A DNA stretch of 64,000 nucleotides, taken from an uncultured virus (IMG/VR IMGVR_UViG_3300020045_010788). Its lineage: Duplodnaviria > Heunggongvirae > Uroviricota > Caudoviricetes. The position numbers and the translations under genes are program-made. Below are positions 50,501 through 58,193 of this stretch, piece after piece (positions within the stretch are counted from its first letter, which is position 1; every line of letters starts with the position of its first letter). Under the pieces are notes generated by a model that ran no database searches, was not told the DNA's origin, and saw only the letters and a program-made list of their open reading frames with translations. The DNA lies in IMG/VR virus record IMGVR_UViG_3300020045_010788; one strand, given 5' to 3'.

Positions 50501-50805
50501 ATTGCAGATTGAACAGGCTGCTTTGGAGCGCCTATTTTTTCTTCAATTTTAGCCTTTTGTTCTGCCTGAGACAGAAACTGTTCTTTTACTACGCCTTTTT
50601 GCTTTCGGCTTCGTGAAGCGATTGTTACGAATCCTGATGATGGTATAATCTCTGGTTCGTTGGATTGAGATTGAGTGCTTAAAATATTCGATGGGTACGG
50701 CAATCCATTCTTTGATGAAGCTTTTTTTTTTAAGCCCGGCAAGCCAATATCGCCAAATTCATCGTCCTCAACTTTAGGTATCCCTATGTTATCGAATTCT
50801 CCCAT
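44530..50805 (-). CDS. very large ejection / polyvalent-type virion protein
   Basis: 2091 aa; G/A-rich hydrophobic region, long helical body; last gene of the tail operon. Confidence 0.65.
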   Translation of the reverse strand: MGEFDNIGIPKVEDDEFGDIGLPGLKKKASSKNGLPYPSNILSTQSQSNEPEIIPSSGFVTIASRSRKQKGVVKEQFLSQAEQKAKIEEKIGAPKQPVQSAIKDFSVVKAATPERFMNAPEKLAALDLTIPKEKLVISDDNQYSSIINNPDKTAEEFEAAIDYSVLKTKEFQQQARDEEKARETASKTGVLTGKEGFAKEGVSKAVDIPKEGITENILEVEDNSYVGALEYMVGKGYNESTIGLADAMLNRQYRIDPEILAKYSPSWIEDATASTIGLLMDTPLFIASGGVGAAAVRQMGKLAVKSYVEKGVEKELAKELVASGMKKAAGKYVSGALQTGATLGTFGFTKDAMTQLANPEVSFSDWDYGQSLNRFGKDFALGLTVGGISTGFKFVSDAARAIESDAGRIATQLALRPTALAAENAAFIYEGKILDGQDIKDVSSQDFVAGAMMIWGAGSIGLKQSTKNLVKSFNFKPEKAGNGEFKVDFSNDDLKILGVESNESAVKLGQNIGALPTILKNENIPALTKAKLLYTSHGIKMEGDLLADGISLINENTIEIKNKEGILLDRTEYSSPEDARNNAILTIKKIDERKWRDEVANMRPKIVSEIQSDLMADKKFSFEELNNALDVPLENRTSDQNSTISKFKYKIQEYKEKEAKNAITQRKEEFIPEYKGIDGGVSQVGENRTLAPEKQGTGDEASGGNILHEGAGIVDQKVAETSNVDVPLLHEAARKMFPPIKRNVEDKYTGIDFLKSGVIMPEGDILDFSYGGRGGRELMHEELSQLFEPGKPNNSKWIRTFLDSGGIRMAPESGAFEMVVRPTESQLGTMGEYISLVKGQKIKIDIPRKIYAEYKEGTSAEQITNDIRDYYDKGIVPKEWIDFSSDIVGKRVSDIKSFVSDVINSENYDKYDQLPNLTIEERSEIIQKTKEYDETNRGSDTRDSRNDSKAPNNKREDGVGAKPPTESTEVIQGEDIPSNNRPSLFAAKANEFRASISMPDVFTKKIKESLADRNLGGKLTKGQVNRIVNYARKVKSETTFNRFLEYADKVVQLKDIGEIQSKLKKSIKSKAAKERIPQNNLQTVKEFLKINPFSLNNPTEYLDIANKLAQNQKSVKVESVSGKLQPSKESAAITNDEVNNFIDKARAEIEETKKKELVEDYADLVDQGLIDPEKMSLKDMQDIISATKSDETFDEFELSLTKDENKQKEDYLKEFVKYKMFDLDSYDTEGLTPKENHTLADLKKINTVDLSLKQLTMLNDIIDNIQANNDFSGAGRVSIIGKLQDNLSQYDNVAKNIGIKNLGGINNIFVEGLTSKDIMIENITKDSKLAAELKRFIGIDDIFNGNARSKNLQSKLIDDYNNVKKSLSKDIDSPENRITRGILDRIGQNKGGTSEEIKAEFDRVKGWIEESGNRLSASDVENEQKEGKVILEVYNKILRESNNEAEVRSKVSLDNQKLIDFFRDKHAERLDLVRESTEIDNNKPFEEVQNYSATKLKSFAGKQDLEQVEDLFKDNYFGTGVTTKEAKSKISRTAAKTLRSDRVLDLDYDRVQIDSYAKTNYDIEVSPSINLFREFIKNAKADEILGGSQNKNILTETIKSSINSQRGQSIPLGRFEKLVLNTANLVQAKGMRLGLASGSQLLKQYPSVAINTIGNLGSDAGLFFTALRVPNNLKLFDLYNISQRGSTKAGYERDLNIESIDKAQFGNDLNKVISHAKKISDKVSESLFKSLVNSDVSVARTSWLSYYMKDLQRQGKSIDIDWKNEHLNPNEEAASYAEQMVARNQNANDPSSMPNWYKSNGSGWGAVVRNVTMPFSSFALNARMKMTLDAKKILYGGNKNEAVKSLVSTALEQTAFNALKVYLISSATTAGAGAIMSAFGIDQPDKNSVNKLKTFAGNTANDIFFGGIGTLPNYIAVKGLNTAYALVSQTVSPQADYEKNKPQLIFQYNPKNKEQSTFGEYGIYGVLPKKLLTDIPQITPFLDGKTDKYTKGTQYRPAKIEPAYLTDNEHNLATMIFMIDALAIAGVSDADVSMINTKMRAKFLKAMSTKYGSQMDIKVKVPGAGKYYDAEKERKKVESQRKEALRNAMKK

Positions 50806-52595
50806 TATTCAATTACTATATTTTTGCTTTTTAAATAATCATCTACCAACTTTTTTGTTTTAGGATCGGTTACCCCTTTGCCAGTTTGTTTTGCAATGTG
50901 CTGATAGTATCGGTCAAGTTTTGCCTTATCCCAAACCTCTTGCGTTGTTGGAGTTTTTGGCTTTTCTACTGGTTTTTCTGATTGAGTTGGCTCATCCAAA
51001 GGCCTATAAAATATTTTAGAAACATCATTTCTGCTTATCATATCTCTTTCTGAATCACTGTCTATTTTTTTATATAAGACTTTTTCTTCGTTGCGAGATT
51101 GTCCCTTTTTCATTTTTACTTCTAGGGGTATAGGCGCTTGGTCTATACCTCCTATAGTGGTGACTAGTTTTACATTATTAGCTAATTCAGGAGTTTTACT
51201 TATATCATATTGAGCCGATTTTAAGTTAGGGTATTGCTTATCGCCAATAAATATATGAGTAGCATATGCTTTAACTTTTCCATCAGATGGATCTTTCATG
51301 GTCTGGCCTTTTGCCCCAACCTCTTTATCCGAAACGCTAGTTTTAGTTTCTTTATTGAATATAACAGGCATTCCGCTAGCATCCGATTCAAAGTCAATCG
51401 TTGTTGGTATTTTAACTACAACCGCATAATACCCTTTATCTCCTCGATTGGTATTGAATCCATACAGCTGTTTTTCAACCCCAGGATTTAAATGAATAGT
51501 TTGTCCTGTTTCTGGGTCAATATAATCACCTCCAACATTTGATAAATCAGGGCGCTCTGTTCTGTTTATTATTTGCATAGGCATCCCAGCCTTACCTTCT
51601 ATTTTACCCCAAGCCGGAGTTAATTCCCTATATTTAGCACCACCAAACTGTATTCCAAAACCGCCTCCTCTGATTCCCTCTTTAACGCCTTCCTTGACAT
51701 TTAACCTTGCTTGTGGCCAGTACTTATCTTCGCCATATTTTGCAGCAATGCCTAAGTCTAATTGAGGGTTATTCCCTGCCCAGCTAGTATATGCTTGTTT
51801 ATATTCATTTAAAGTCTTATTTCCGAGTTCCGGTAATTTAATATCAGGATTAGCTTGAGCATATTGCTCAATACTATTCCATTCTTTAACTAATTTCTTT
51901 TGAACATTTGGATTTGTTGAAGTCACCGTTCTAAATATTTCTCTACTTTCATTCTCATCCCCTTCTGATGATGATGTTTTTGCGATATATTCTCCAGTAC
52001 TTTTATTATAATCAGTTATCTTTGATGTTGACGTAGTTGTCCTTGCGGCCTTTGTAGATTGTAAAATAGAGGGGATATTCGCATCAGCATCACGTAAAAA
52101 CCCATTTGCTGGATCATAATATCCGTTTTTCTGCCAATCAGCCAATGCTTTTTTAGTTTCATCATGATTAAATATTTTGCCATCATAATCCTCCGCTAAT
52201 CTTGAAACAGCATCTTGTGCTTGTGACTGAATCCCATTATTAAGCTTTATCTTATCGTTAATCAATGTTAGGCCTGATTGCCATTTTACTATTTCCGTTG
52301 ATGGTATTTGCTTCCCACGACTTTTATATTTAGCGACAGTCGTAGAAACTTCATTCATCCAATTGTCTCGATCTTTTATAGCATCCTGTTGAAGCTTTAT
52401 TGAATTAAATTTTATGGGATCAGTTGCGTATATACCATATCTCAATATCTCTTCCCGTTTTTGCTTTTCTATAGCATCGTTTTTATTTGCCACTTGCTGC
52501 ATATAGTCAACCAAAGGATCAACAATTGGCTGTATATTCCATTTTTGTGGAGTTAAAACAGGATTCTTTAATTCTATTTGTGGTAGCGCTATCAT
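50805..52595 (-). CDS. putative ejection / internal virion protein
   Basis: 596 aa; position in the podovirus ejection trio. Confidence 0.5.
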   Translation of the reverse strand: MIALPQIELKNPVLTPQKWNIQPIVDPLVDYMQQVANKNDAIEKQKREEILRYGIYATDPIKFNSIKLQQDAIKDRDNWMNEVSTTVAKYKSRGKQIPSTEIVKWQSGLTLINDKIKLNNGIQSQAQDAVSRLAEDYDGKIFNHDETKKALADWQKNGYYDPANGFLRDADANIPSILQSTKAARTTTSTSKITDYNKSTGEYIAKTSSSEGDENESREIFRTVTSTNPNVQKKLVKEWNSIEQYAQANPDIKLPELGNKTLNEYKQAYTSWAGNNPQLDLGIAAKYGEDKYWPQARLNVKEGVKEGIRGGGFGIQFGGAKYRELTPAWGKIEGKAGMPMQIINRTERPDLSNVGGDYIDPETGQTIHLNPGVEKQLYGFNTNRGDKGYYAVVVKIPTTIDFESDASGMPVIFNKETKTSVSDKEVGAKGQTMKDPSDGKVKAYATHIFIGDKQYPNLKSAQYDISKTPELANNVKLVTTIGGIDQAPIPLEVKMKKGQSRNEEKVLYKKIDSDSERDMISRNDVSKIFYRPLDEPTQSEKPVEKPKTPTTQEVWDKAKLDRYYQHIAKQTGKGVTDPKTKKLVDDYLKSKNIVIE

Positions 52596-53263
52596 ATCAT
52601 TGCCGCAGTTAATCCAATTTTAGCTAGTAATCCAACCCAATCCATCGTTTGATCCTTGTTGGCTTGATCCTGTTTGCTTTTTTGTGTTATTCTATCAGAT
52701 AATAGATTGTATTGCTCTCCATATTTCTGCCCCGAATTCCAATTCCAAGCCTTATCTACATAATCAGCTTTAGTTTGCAAAGCCTGGGTGTAAGCATCTT
52801 CTGCTGCCTGTTTTCTGGCGGATGAATACATCGCCCCCTTAACATCCAAGTCAGCCAAAAGGCCCATTTCATTTTTATATGCATTAGAAACAGCCCCTAA
52901 GCTTCCAGCCACGCTATTTGACATTTCTTTTATATTAGAAACGGCTGAACCGGTCCTTGCGCCTATCTCTTCTTTTGCCCGATCAAGGCCAGGCATTTTC
53001 ATGTCCTGGGCTAATTCGCCCTTTCGCATGCCCAATATTTCATCAATTTGAGATGGAGCCGTATATTCAGGGCGCTTAGTAATTAATTCATCTAATTGTT
53101 CCGTTAGTGATTTTTTTCTAGGGCCTTGAGTTAATCGTTGAAATGTTGATTGCTTTCCAAATTTATTATATCCAGGCTGATATGACTTAGAATTATCTGA
53201 TAGGACATTACTGGTTGTATTACCATCTTTATCATATCCCGGTTGACCTTTATTGGTAGCCAT
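52592..53263 (-). CDS. putative pilot / ejection protein
   Basis: 223 aa, A/Q-rich helical, RPEY..P motif, hydrophobic C-terminus. Confidence 0.55.
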   Translation of the reverse strand: MATNKGQPGYDKDGNTTSNVLSDNSKSYQPGYNKFGKQSTFQRLTQGPRKKSLTEQLDELITKRPEYTAPSQIDEILGMRKGELAQDMKMPGLDRAKEEIGARTGSAVSNIKEMSNSVAGSLGAVSNAYKNEMGLLADLDVKGAMYSSARKQAAEDAYTQALQTKADYVDKAWNWNSGQKYGEQYNLLSDRITQKSKQDQANKDQTMDWVGLLAKIGLTAAMI

Positions 53264-53293
53264 ATTAATATTTTTTATGCAAATATACTAAAT

Positions 53294-56200
53294 CTAAATA
53301 TTAGTTCCTGAGCTTATTGAACACTTAACGTTTACTTGTTTTAATAGGACTTCGTCTTTATCTTCATTTGTCATAACTATTTCAACACATTCCCCTCGTA
53401 ACGGATCACCATTAAATAAATCTGATCGTTTAGCAATGGGAGATCGGGTTTTCATGTTCCGCATAAAGGCTGCGAATAATTTACCCTCTTTAGCTATAAA
53501 CTTTTCCTTTGGTATGATTGATGAGATCCCATTTTTATAATTTAAATCAGCCTCACCCTCTACTGTTACATCAAACCTCTTATTCGACACAATAGTCATA
53601 GCATCGAATGTTTTTGTTAACGTAGGATTTATATTCCCGATAATTTTAACTATCATAGGATAATCAATACCATAGAAAGAACATCTATTAACTTCATCTG
53701 AGCCATGTTTCCACAAGTCTCCGTTTTTAAAAGAAAACATATTATTTATTCCACAATAATTCTCGGGAATAAATGAATAAAAGCTAATCCAGCTCTTAGT
53801 GCCTTCATCAAAAGCAATCGTATCATTATTTAATGGATTAATGTCATCTATGAAAGTAAAATAAACGACCGCCTCAGATGAATCATAATACGATATTACT
53901 GAAATATTTTCAATACCTGATTCTAATAATGCAATAGACTTATTGGAAAGATAGCCATAAATAGAGTTTTCTCCTATGCCGGTTAAGTCTTCTTGTCCGT
54001 TAGGGCCATCCCTAAATATTATTGAATTATATATATCATAAGCATAAATATGATTTGTATCCACTGATATACATTCTCCAAACTCAGTTCCATAATTCTC
54101 AAGTCCTTCTCTTGGCTTTCCCAATACAGCATCTATAGCCATAAGAGTAGTGGATGAATCCTGATTAGCTAATTCCGTAGCGCCTACATAGAAAGTTGTT
54201 ATTTTATTCCTTTGAAAAACTTTTAACATATTCCCTACCGAAATGATACCGGTAATCTCTCCCCATTTTTCATTTAGTTCATTTGTAGTCTCTTCCCAAT
54301 CAAATGAGCATAGTCCATTTAATTGTGTATTTGGAATATATTTTCTGGAAATTTTAATAGTATTTTGTATCCCTGATGGTATTTGATCTAAAGCTATATA
54401 AATTCGTCCATTACTGTAAACATCCGATTTAAAAAACTCAGAATAATGTTGAGAAAACATAAATGCTTCAGGGATTGATCCAACGTTCATATTATGAAGC
54501 CTTCTATATGAATTACCTTCATATAACATAAATGGAGATTGAGGATGAGACCCATTTGCCCCAACCTCATACACTGGCCCTATCTCATAAAATATACTCG
54601 AATCTGCCTTTTTAGGCCGATATATTTCATAAATAATATACTTGCCTCCACTTATTGATACTGGTACGGCTCCAAAATCATTTAATATTAATCCTATATA
54701 ATTCCCTTCTGATATATATTCTATTATCTCATGATCTTCTCTAACGTCTACATAAGAAACATTATCATTAGAATATTTTATTATGGTAACTCTATCTCCT
54801 TTTTCAAAAGTATAAGCGTGATTAATAGAACTGGCGATGATTTCATCATACTTATATACTCTATTCCCTTTAATTTCTAAAAAAGATAAATAAACTCCAT
54901 TTCTAACATAATAAGTCAAAAATCCTTGGGCTTGCACATAAAAAATCTTATTCAAATCTCCGGTATGGTACATTTGATAATATTTAGCCCATGATGGAGC
55001 TGTATGGGTAATCGCTATACGAACATTTCTATTACGGGTTAATAAATATTTACCTCCTGCATAAGAAGTGGCGTTGCCTATATTTATTTTACAAGCATCA
55101 TTAGTAAAAACGCCTAAGCATCTTCTATAATTATCAAAATAGCCAATAGCAAATTTATCTACTGAGTTATTCTTAAACGTTTGGATAGGAGCTTCTGGTG
55201 CCTTACCTGTAGTGTCGTTAAAATATTCACCGATATAAATATATGCATTCTTATATTGATCACTATTGTATGTTTTATTAAAAATAAATTTTCTTTGGGT
55301 CGGATAATATACCCCCCAATCACCAAGTCTATCCAATAAATTATTTACTACAGTCCACCATGAAGTATTTCCATATCCCCATATATTAACCCCATATATA
55401 TCTTGATAATTAGTCCCGTCTGATATTCTAACTAATAAGGTACTATATGACTCAAATCCCCAGTTTTGATCGGGAATAATTATTTGTCTTTGACAGCTAT
55501 AATTATTATATGATAAAAATGAATCGTTGCGGGTTGAGATTAAATTACCACTATTAAATGCACGTTGACCTAATCCAAACCTAGAATTATATTCGCCATC
55601 AGAATTTGCAGATATAGACATGCTCACGGAAGTAATTGGGGTTTTAGTAATAGTATTTCCTCCTAATGCTAAATATGTACTACCTACTATTTCAAGCCCG
55701 TTAGATATATCTGGAATATCATCAAACGTTTTTTCAATATCTGTGCTAATAACAGTATTATATATAAATTCATTTTTGAATATATATTTGCCTAATTGCG
55801 TTGAATTATTTGTATTAATCTTATCAACTAACCTCCATTCACTCCAACCTGTCTCAATTAATTGTCTAAATGCAATATTTACGTATTGAACTTCGTCTGA
55901 TCCATTTTCATAAAATATACAGATAGAATTATCGGCAGTTTTTTCAATATCCACTCCTCCATATTTAGACCCTGAGTCTGGAATGCAAATTGAGCTTATT
56001 GGCGAATACACACTATATGAATTGTCATTATATCCATAATTATAGGCAAATTGAAATGCCGATGTGCCTAAATTATTATTTTGTAATACGTTATTATAAA
56101 AAGAAGCACATATTGGTTTTCTTATAGGGGGCTTTCTTATTATATTTAATTCTTCTTCATCTATTTTTAAATATGAATCAGTATTCAATTTAGTAACAGT

Positions 56201-56857
56201 ACCAGTTGTTCCGCCCATATCAATAGGCATATCAACTGTTATATATCCACGCCCTACCGTCAATACCCTATAAAATCTATTATAAATACTTATTGGTGTC
56301 GTAAGTGATACTATATTATTAACGGCATAAGAGCCTGATACATTAATTCGCAGGCTTGATCCACTTCTCTGAATACTCGAGGCCGTATATGTCGTTCCGG
56401 GCTTTTCAGTAAATGCAATAGCTTTTTCAATATTTAAATGTCTTGGAGGATTATGCTTGCTTGTCCACCATACCCATCCATTGACAACCCTAGCTCTATT
56501 GATTTTTTCTTTAATATTAAATGTTAGCGCTGGCGAGTTAAACATTATTTTATTAAATGTACCCAGCGCTAAATTATATCGAATTATAGAATGGTTAGAG
56601 TTAGAATTATAAACAAAATAAATTATAGAATTATTTTCAATATCAGCTGTTGATCCAATGGTTTTATTTGTTCCAGTAGGCATGCTTAATGATTGCAGCT
56701 TATTCCCAAGAGAATTAGTTATAATGCCTCTATTTCCATGCCTAGAATAAGTACAATTAAGCCTATAATCAGAGCTTCCAGACTTCATATACCTTTTATC
56801 TACATCGGTATTTAACCCTGCACCAGCAAACAATATTTCTTGCTTTAATTCACTCAT
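53294..56857 (-). CDS. tail stabilisation / nozzle protein (P22 gp10-like position)
   Basis: 1187 aa; GLNTDVDKR..YRLNC..N..GN N-terminus; WISFYSFIPE..SFKNGDLWKH..KEGK..LRG C-terminus. Confidence 0.75.
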   Translation of the reverse strand: MSELKQEILFAGAGLNTDVDKRYMKSGSSDYRLNCTYSRHGNRGIITNSLGNKLQSLSMPTGTNKTIGSTADIENNSIIYFVYNSNSNHSIIRYNLALGTFNKIMFNSPALTFNIKEKINRARVVNGWVWWTSKHNPPRHLNIEKAIAFTEKPGTTYTASSIQRSGSSLRINVSGSYAVNNIVSLTTPISIYNRFYRVLTVGRGYITVDMPIDMGGTTGTVTKLNTDSYLKIDEEELNIIRKPPIRKPICASFYNNVLQNNNLGTSAFQFAYNYGYNDNSYSVYSPISSICIPDSGSKYGGVDIEKTADNSICIFYENGSDEVQYVNIAFRQLIETGWSEWRLVDKINTNNSTQLGKYIFKNEFIYNTVISTDIEKTFDDIPDISNGLEIVGSTYLALGGNTITKTPITSVSMSISANSDGEYNSRFGLGQRAFNSGNLISTRNDSFLSYNNYSCQRQIIIPDQNWGFESYSTLLVRISDGTNYQDIYGVNIWGYGNTSWWTVVNNLLDRLGDWGVYYPTQRKFIFNKTYNSDQYKNAYIYIGEYFNDTTGKAPEAPIQTFKNNSVDKFAIGYFDNYRRCLGVFTNDACKINIGNATSYAGGKYLLTRNRNVRIAITHTAPSWAKYYQMYHTGDLNKIFYVQAQGFLTYYVRNGVYLSFLEIKGNRVYKYDEIIASSINHAYTFEKGDRVTIIKYSNDNVSYVDVREDHEIIEYISEGNYIGLILNDFGAVPVSISGGKYIIYEIYRPKKADSSIFYEIGPVYEVGANGSHPQSPFMLYEGNSYRRLHNMNVGSIPEAFMFSQHYSEFFKSDVYSNGRIYIALDQIPSGIQNTIKISRKYIPNTQLNGLCSFDWEETTNELNEKWGEITGIISVGNMLKVFQRNKITTFYVGATELANQDSSTTLMAIDAVLGKPREGLENYGTEFGECISVDTNHIYAYDIYNSIIFRDGPNGQEDLTGIGENSIYGYLSNKSIALLESGIENISVISYYDSSEAVVYFTFIDDINPLNNDTIAFDEGTKSWISFYSFIPENYCGINNMFSFKNGDLWKHGSDEVNRCSFYGIDYPMIVKIIGNINPTLTKTFDAMTIVSNKRFDVTVEGEADLNYKNGISSIIPKEKFIAKEGKLFAAFMRNMKTRSPIAKRSDLFNGDPLRGECVEIVMTNEDKDEVLLKQVNVKCSISSGTNI

Positions 56858-57564
56858 CGTTTAGCTGTTTGCTTTATAGTTTTTAAATACGTATCCCTTA
56901 TTTCCGATAGGGTAGGCATATTAAAATGTCTATATTTTAAAACTTCTTCCTTATACAGCTTTTCATTTAATGACTTCTGATTTGCGGATATGTCTTTATT
57001 GTAAATAGTAGAATAATAAATTATTGCTGACCTTAGTGCCAATAATACACTTGCCGGAACATACGTTACCGCATTTAACTCGATCCCAGAACTAATATAA
57101 TGAATCGTTATGCTTGTTGTAATGGATTCTCCGCTTATAATAATCTTTCGCTCATTATAGTCGCAAGTGTAATACCAATTATTTACCCCACCAGCCGTAT
57201 CGTATCCTGTGGCATTACTATTGACTACGTCTTTTTCTCCTTGATCTGCATCGCGAATTTCCATACCTCCACTTATAGTAGTGTTTCTTAACAATTCATC
57301 ATCTAATGTAAACGTCCATAATCTTCCACCATATGGTAATCCAATCGCTATAACCCGGATACAGTCGGTCGGCATTAAAATCCTATTTAATGAATCAAGT
57401 TCTAGCTCGGCATGTTTGATCCCTTTCATGTGGTGCATCTTAAAATCGCGCAGCACTTCTAATGAAATCTGAAAATATTTAAAATACTTAGTTTCATCTT
57501 CATCAAGAATATTCATCGCAGAATAAATGACCTCGTCTAACGTTATTTGTTCTGAACTATCCAT
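56854..57564 (-). CDS. tail ring / tubular adaptor protein
   Basis: 236 aa; ITLDEVI..MPTDCIRVIAI..TIHYISSG..YVP. Confidence 0.6.
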   Translation of the reverse strand: MDSSEQITLDEVIYSAMNILDEDETKYFKYFQISLEVLRDFKMHHMKGIKHAELELDSLNRILMPTDCIRVIAIGLPYGGRLWTFTLDDELLRNTTISGGMEIRDADQGEKDVVNSNATGYDTAGGVNNWYYTCDYNERKIIISGESITTSITIHYISSGIELNAVTYVPASVLLALRSAIIYYSTIYNKDISANQKSLNEKLYKEEVLKYRHFNMPTLSEIRDTYLKTIKQTAKR

Positions 57565-58193
57565 TATTCCTTAATTGTTGCGTTATTATTCTTTAAGTCT
57601 TTAGGTGGTGTGCCTAACATATAATTTATAACAGATTCCATAAATTTCATATCCTGTCCTCCAGGCAAATGAATGTCATCTTCATCTTCATACGCCTCGA
57701 ATGGGATTACTAAATACATCCTAACCTCAGATACATCATTATCCGATGTCATATTAAAATAGTCAACAATCAATTCATTGTTTTCGTTTTTGCCAACGGT
57801 ATATCCTATTTTCGTACTTATAGATGAAAGTAATGATCCAGTAATTAAAGTCCGTTGCCCTCTAGTTATTGGGGCAAAACTGATATAATCACCAATCATT
57901 GGATGTATATTCCTTATCCCTGATTTAGGGTCAATAATTGGTGAAATATCTACTGGCAAAATAGAATAATATAAATTAGTATCAGTGTCTAATGCAACTT
58001 CTACGTTTTTGAATAATTTAGTATATACATCAAGACTATTGGGCATCTTAAGCGCAAGATCAGTTATCATCTGATTATATAGGCGACCAGTATTCAATGA
58101 AATAACCTCTGGATGAAATCTGTTTTTATCTTCCATTGAATAACGTTCGGTTAATCGTATGCCAATAAGTTCTATAAGTTGTTTCTTTTTCAT
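57564..58193 (-). CDS. tail ring / adaptor protein
   Basis: 209 aa, coupled within the tail operon. Confidence 0.5.
   Translation of the reverse strand: MKKKQLIELIGIRLTERYSMEDKNRFHPEVISLNTGRLYNQMITDLALKMPNSLDVYTKLFKNVEVALDTDTNLYYSILPVDISPIIDPKSGIRNIHPMIGDYISFAPITRGQRTLITGSLLSSISTKIGYTVGKNENNELIVDYFNMTSDNDVSEVRMYLVIPFEAYEDEDDIHLPGGQDMKFMESVINYMLGTPPKDLKNNNATIKE

Noticed and set aside
44530..52595. Virion RNA polymerase subunits as in crAss-like phages
   Set aside because: No DxDxD-type catalytic motif in a recognisable context; abundant host-type promoters suggest host RNA polymerase is used
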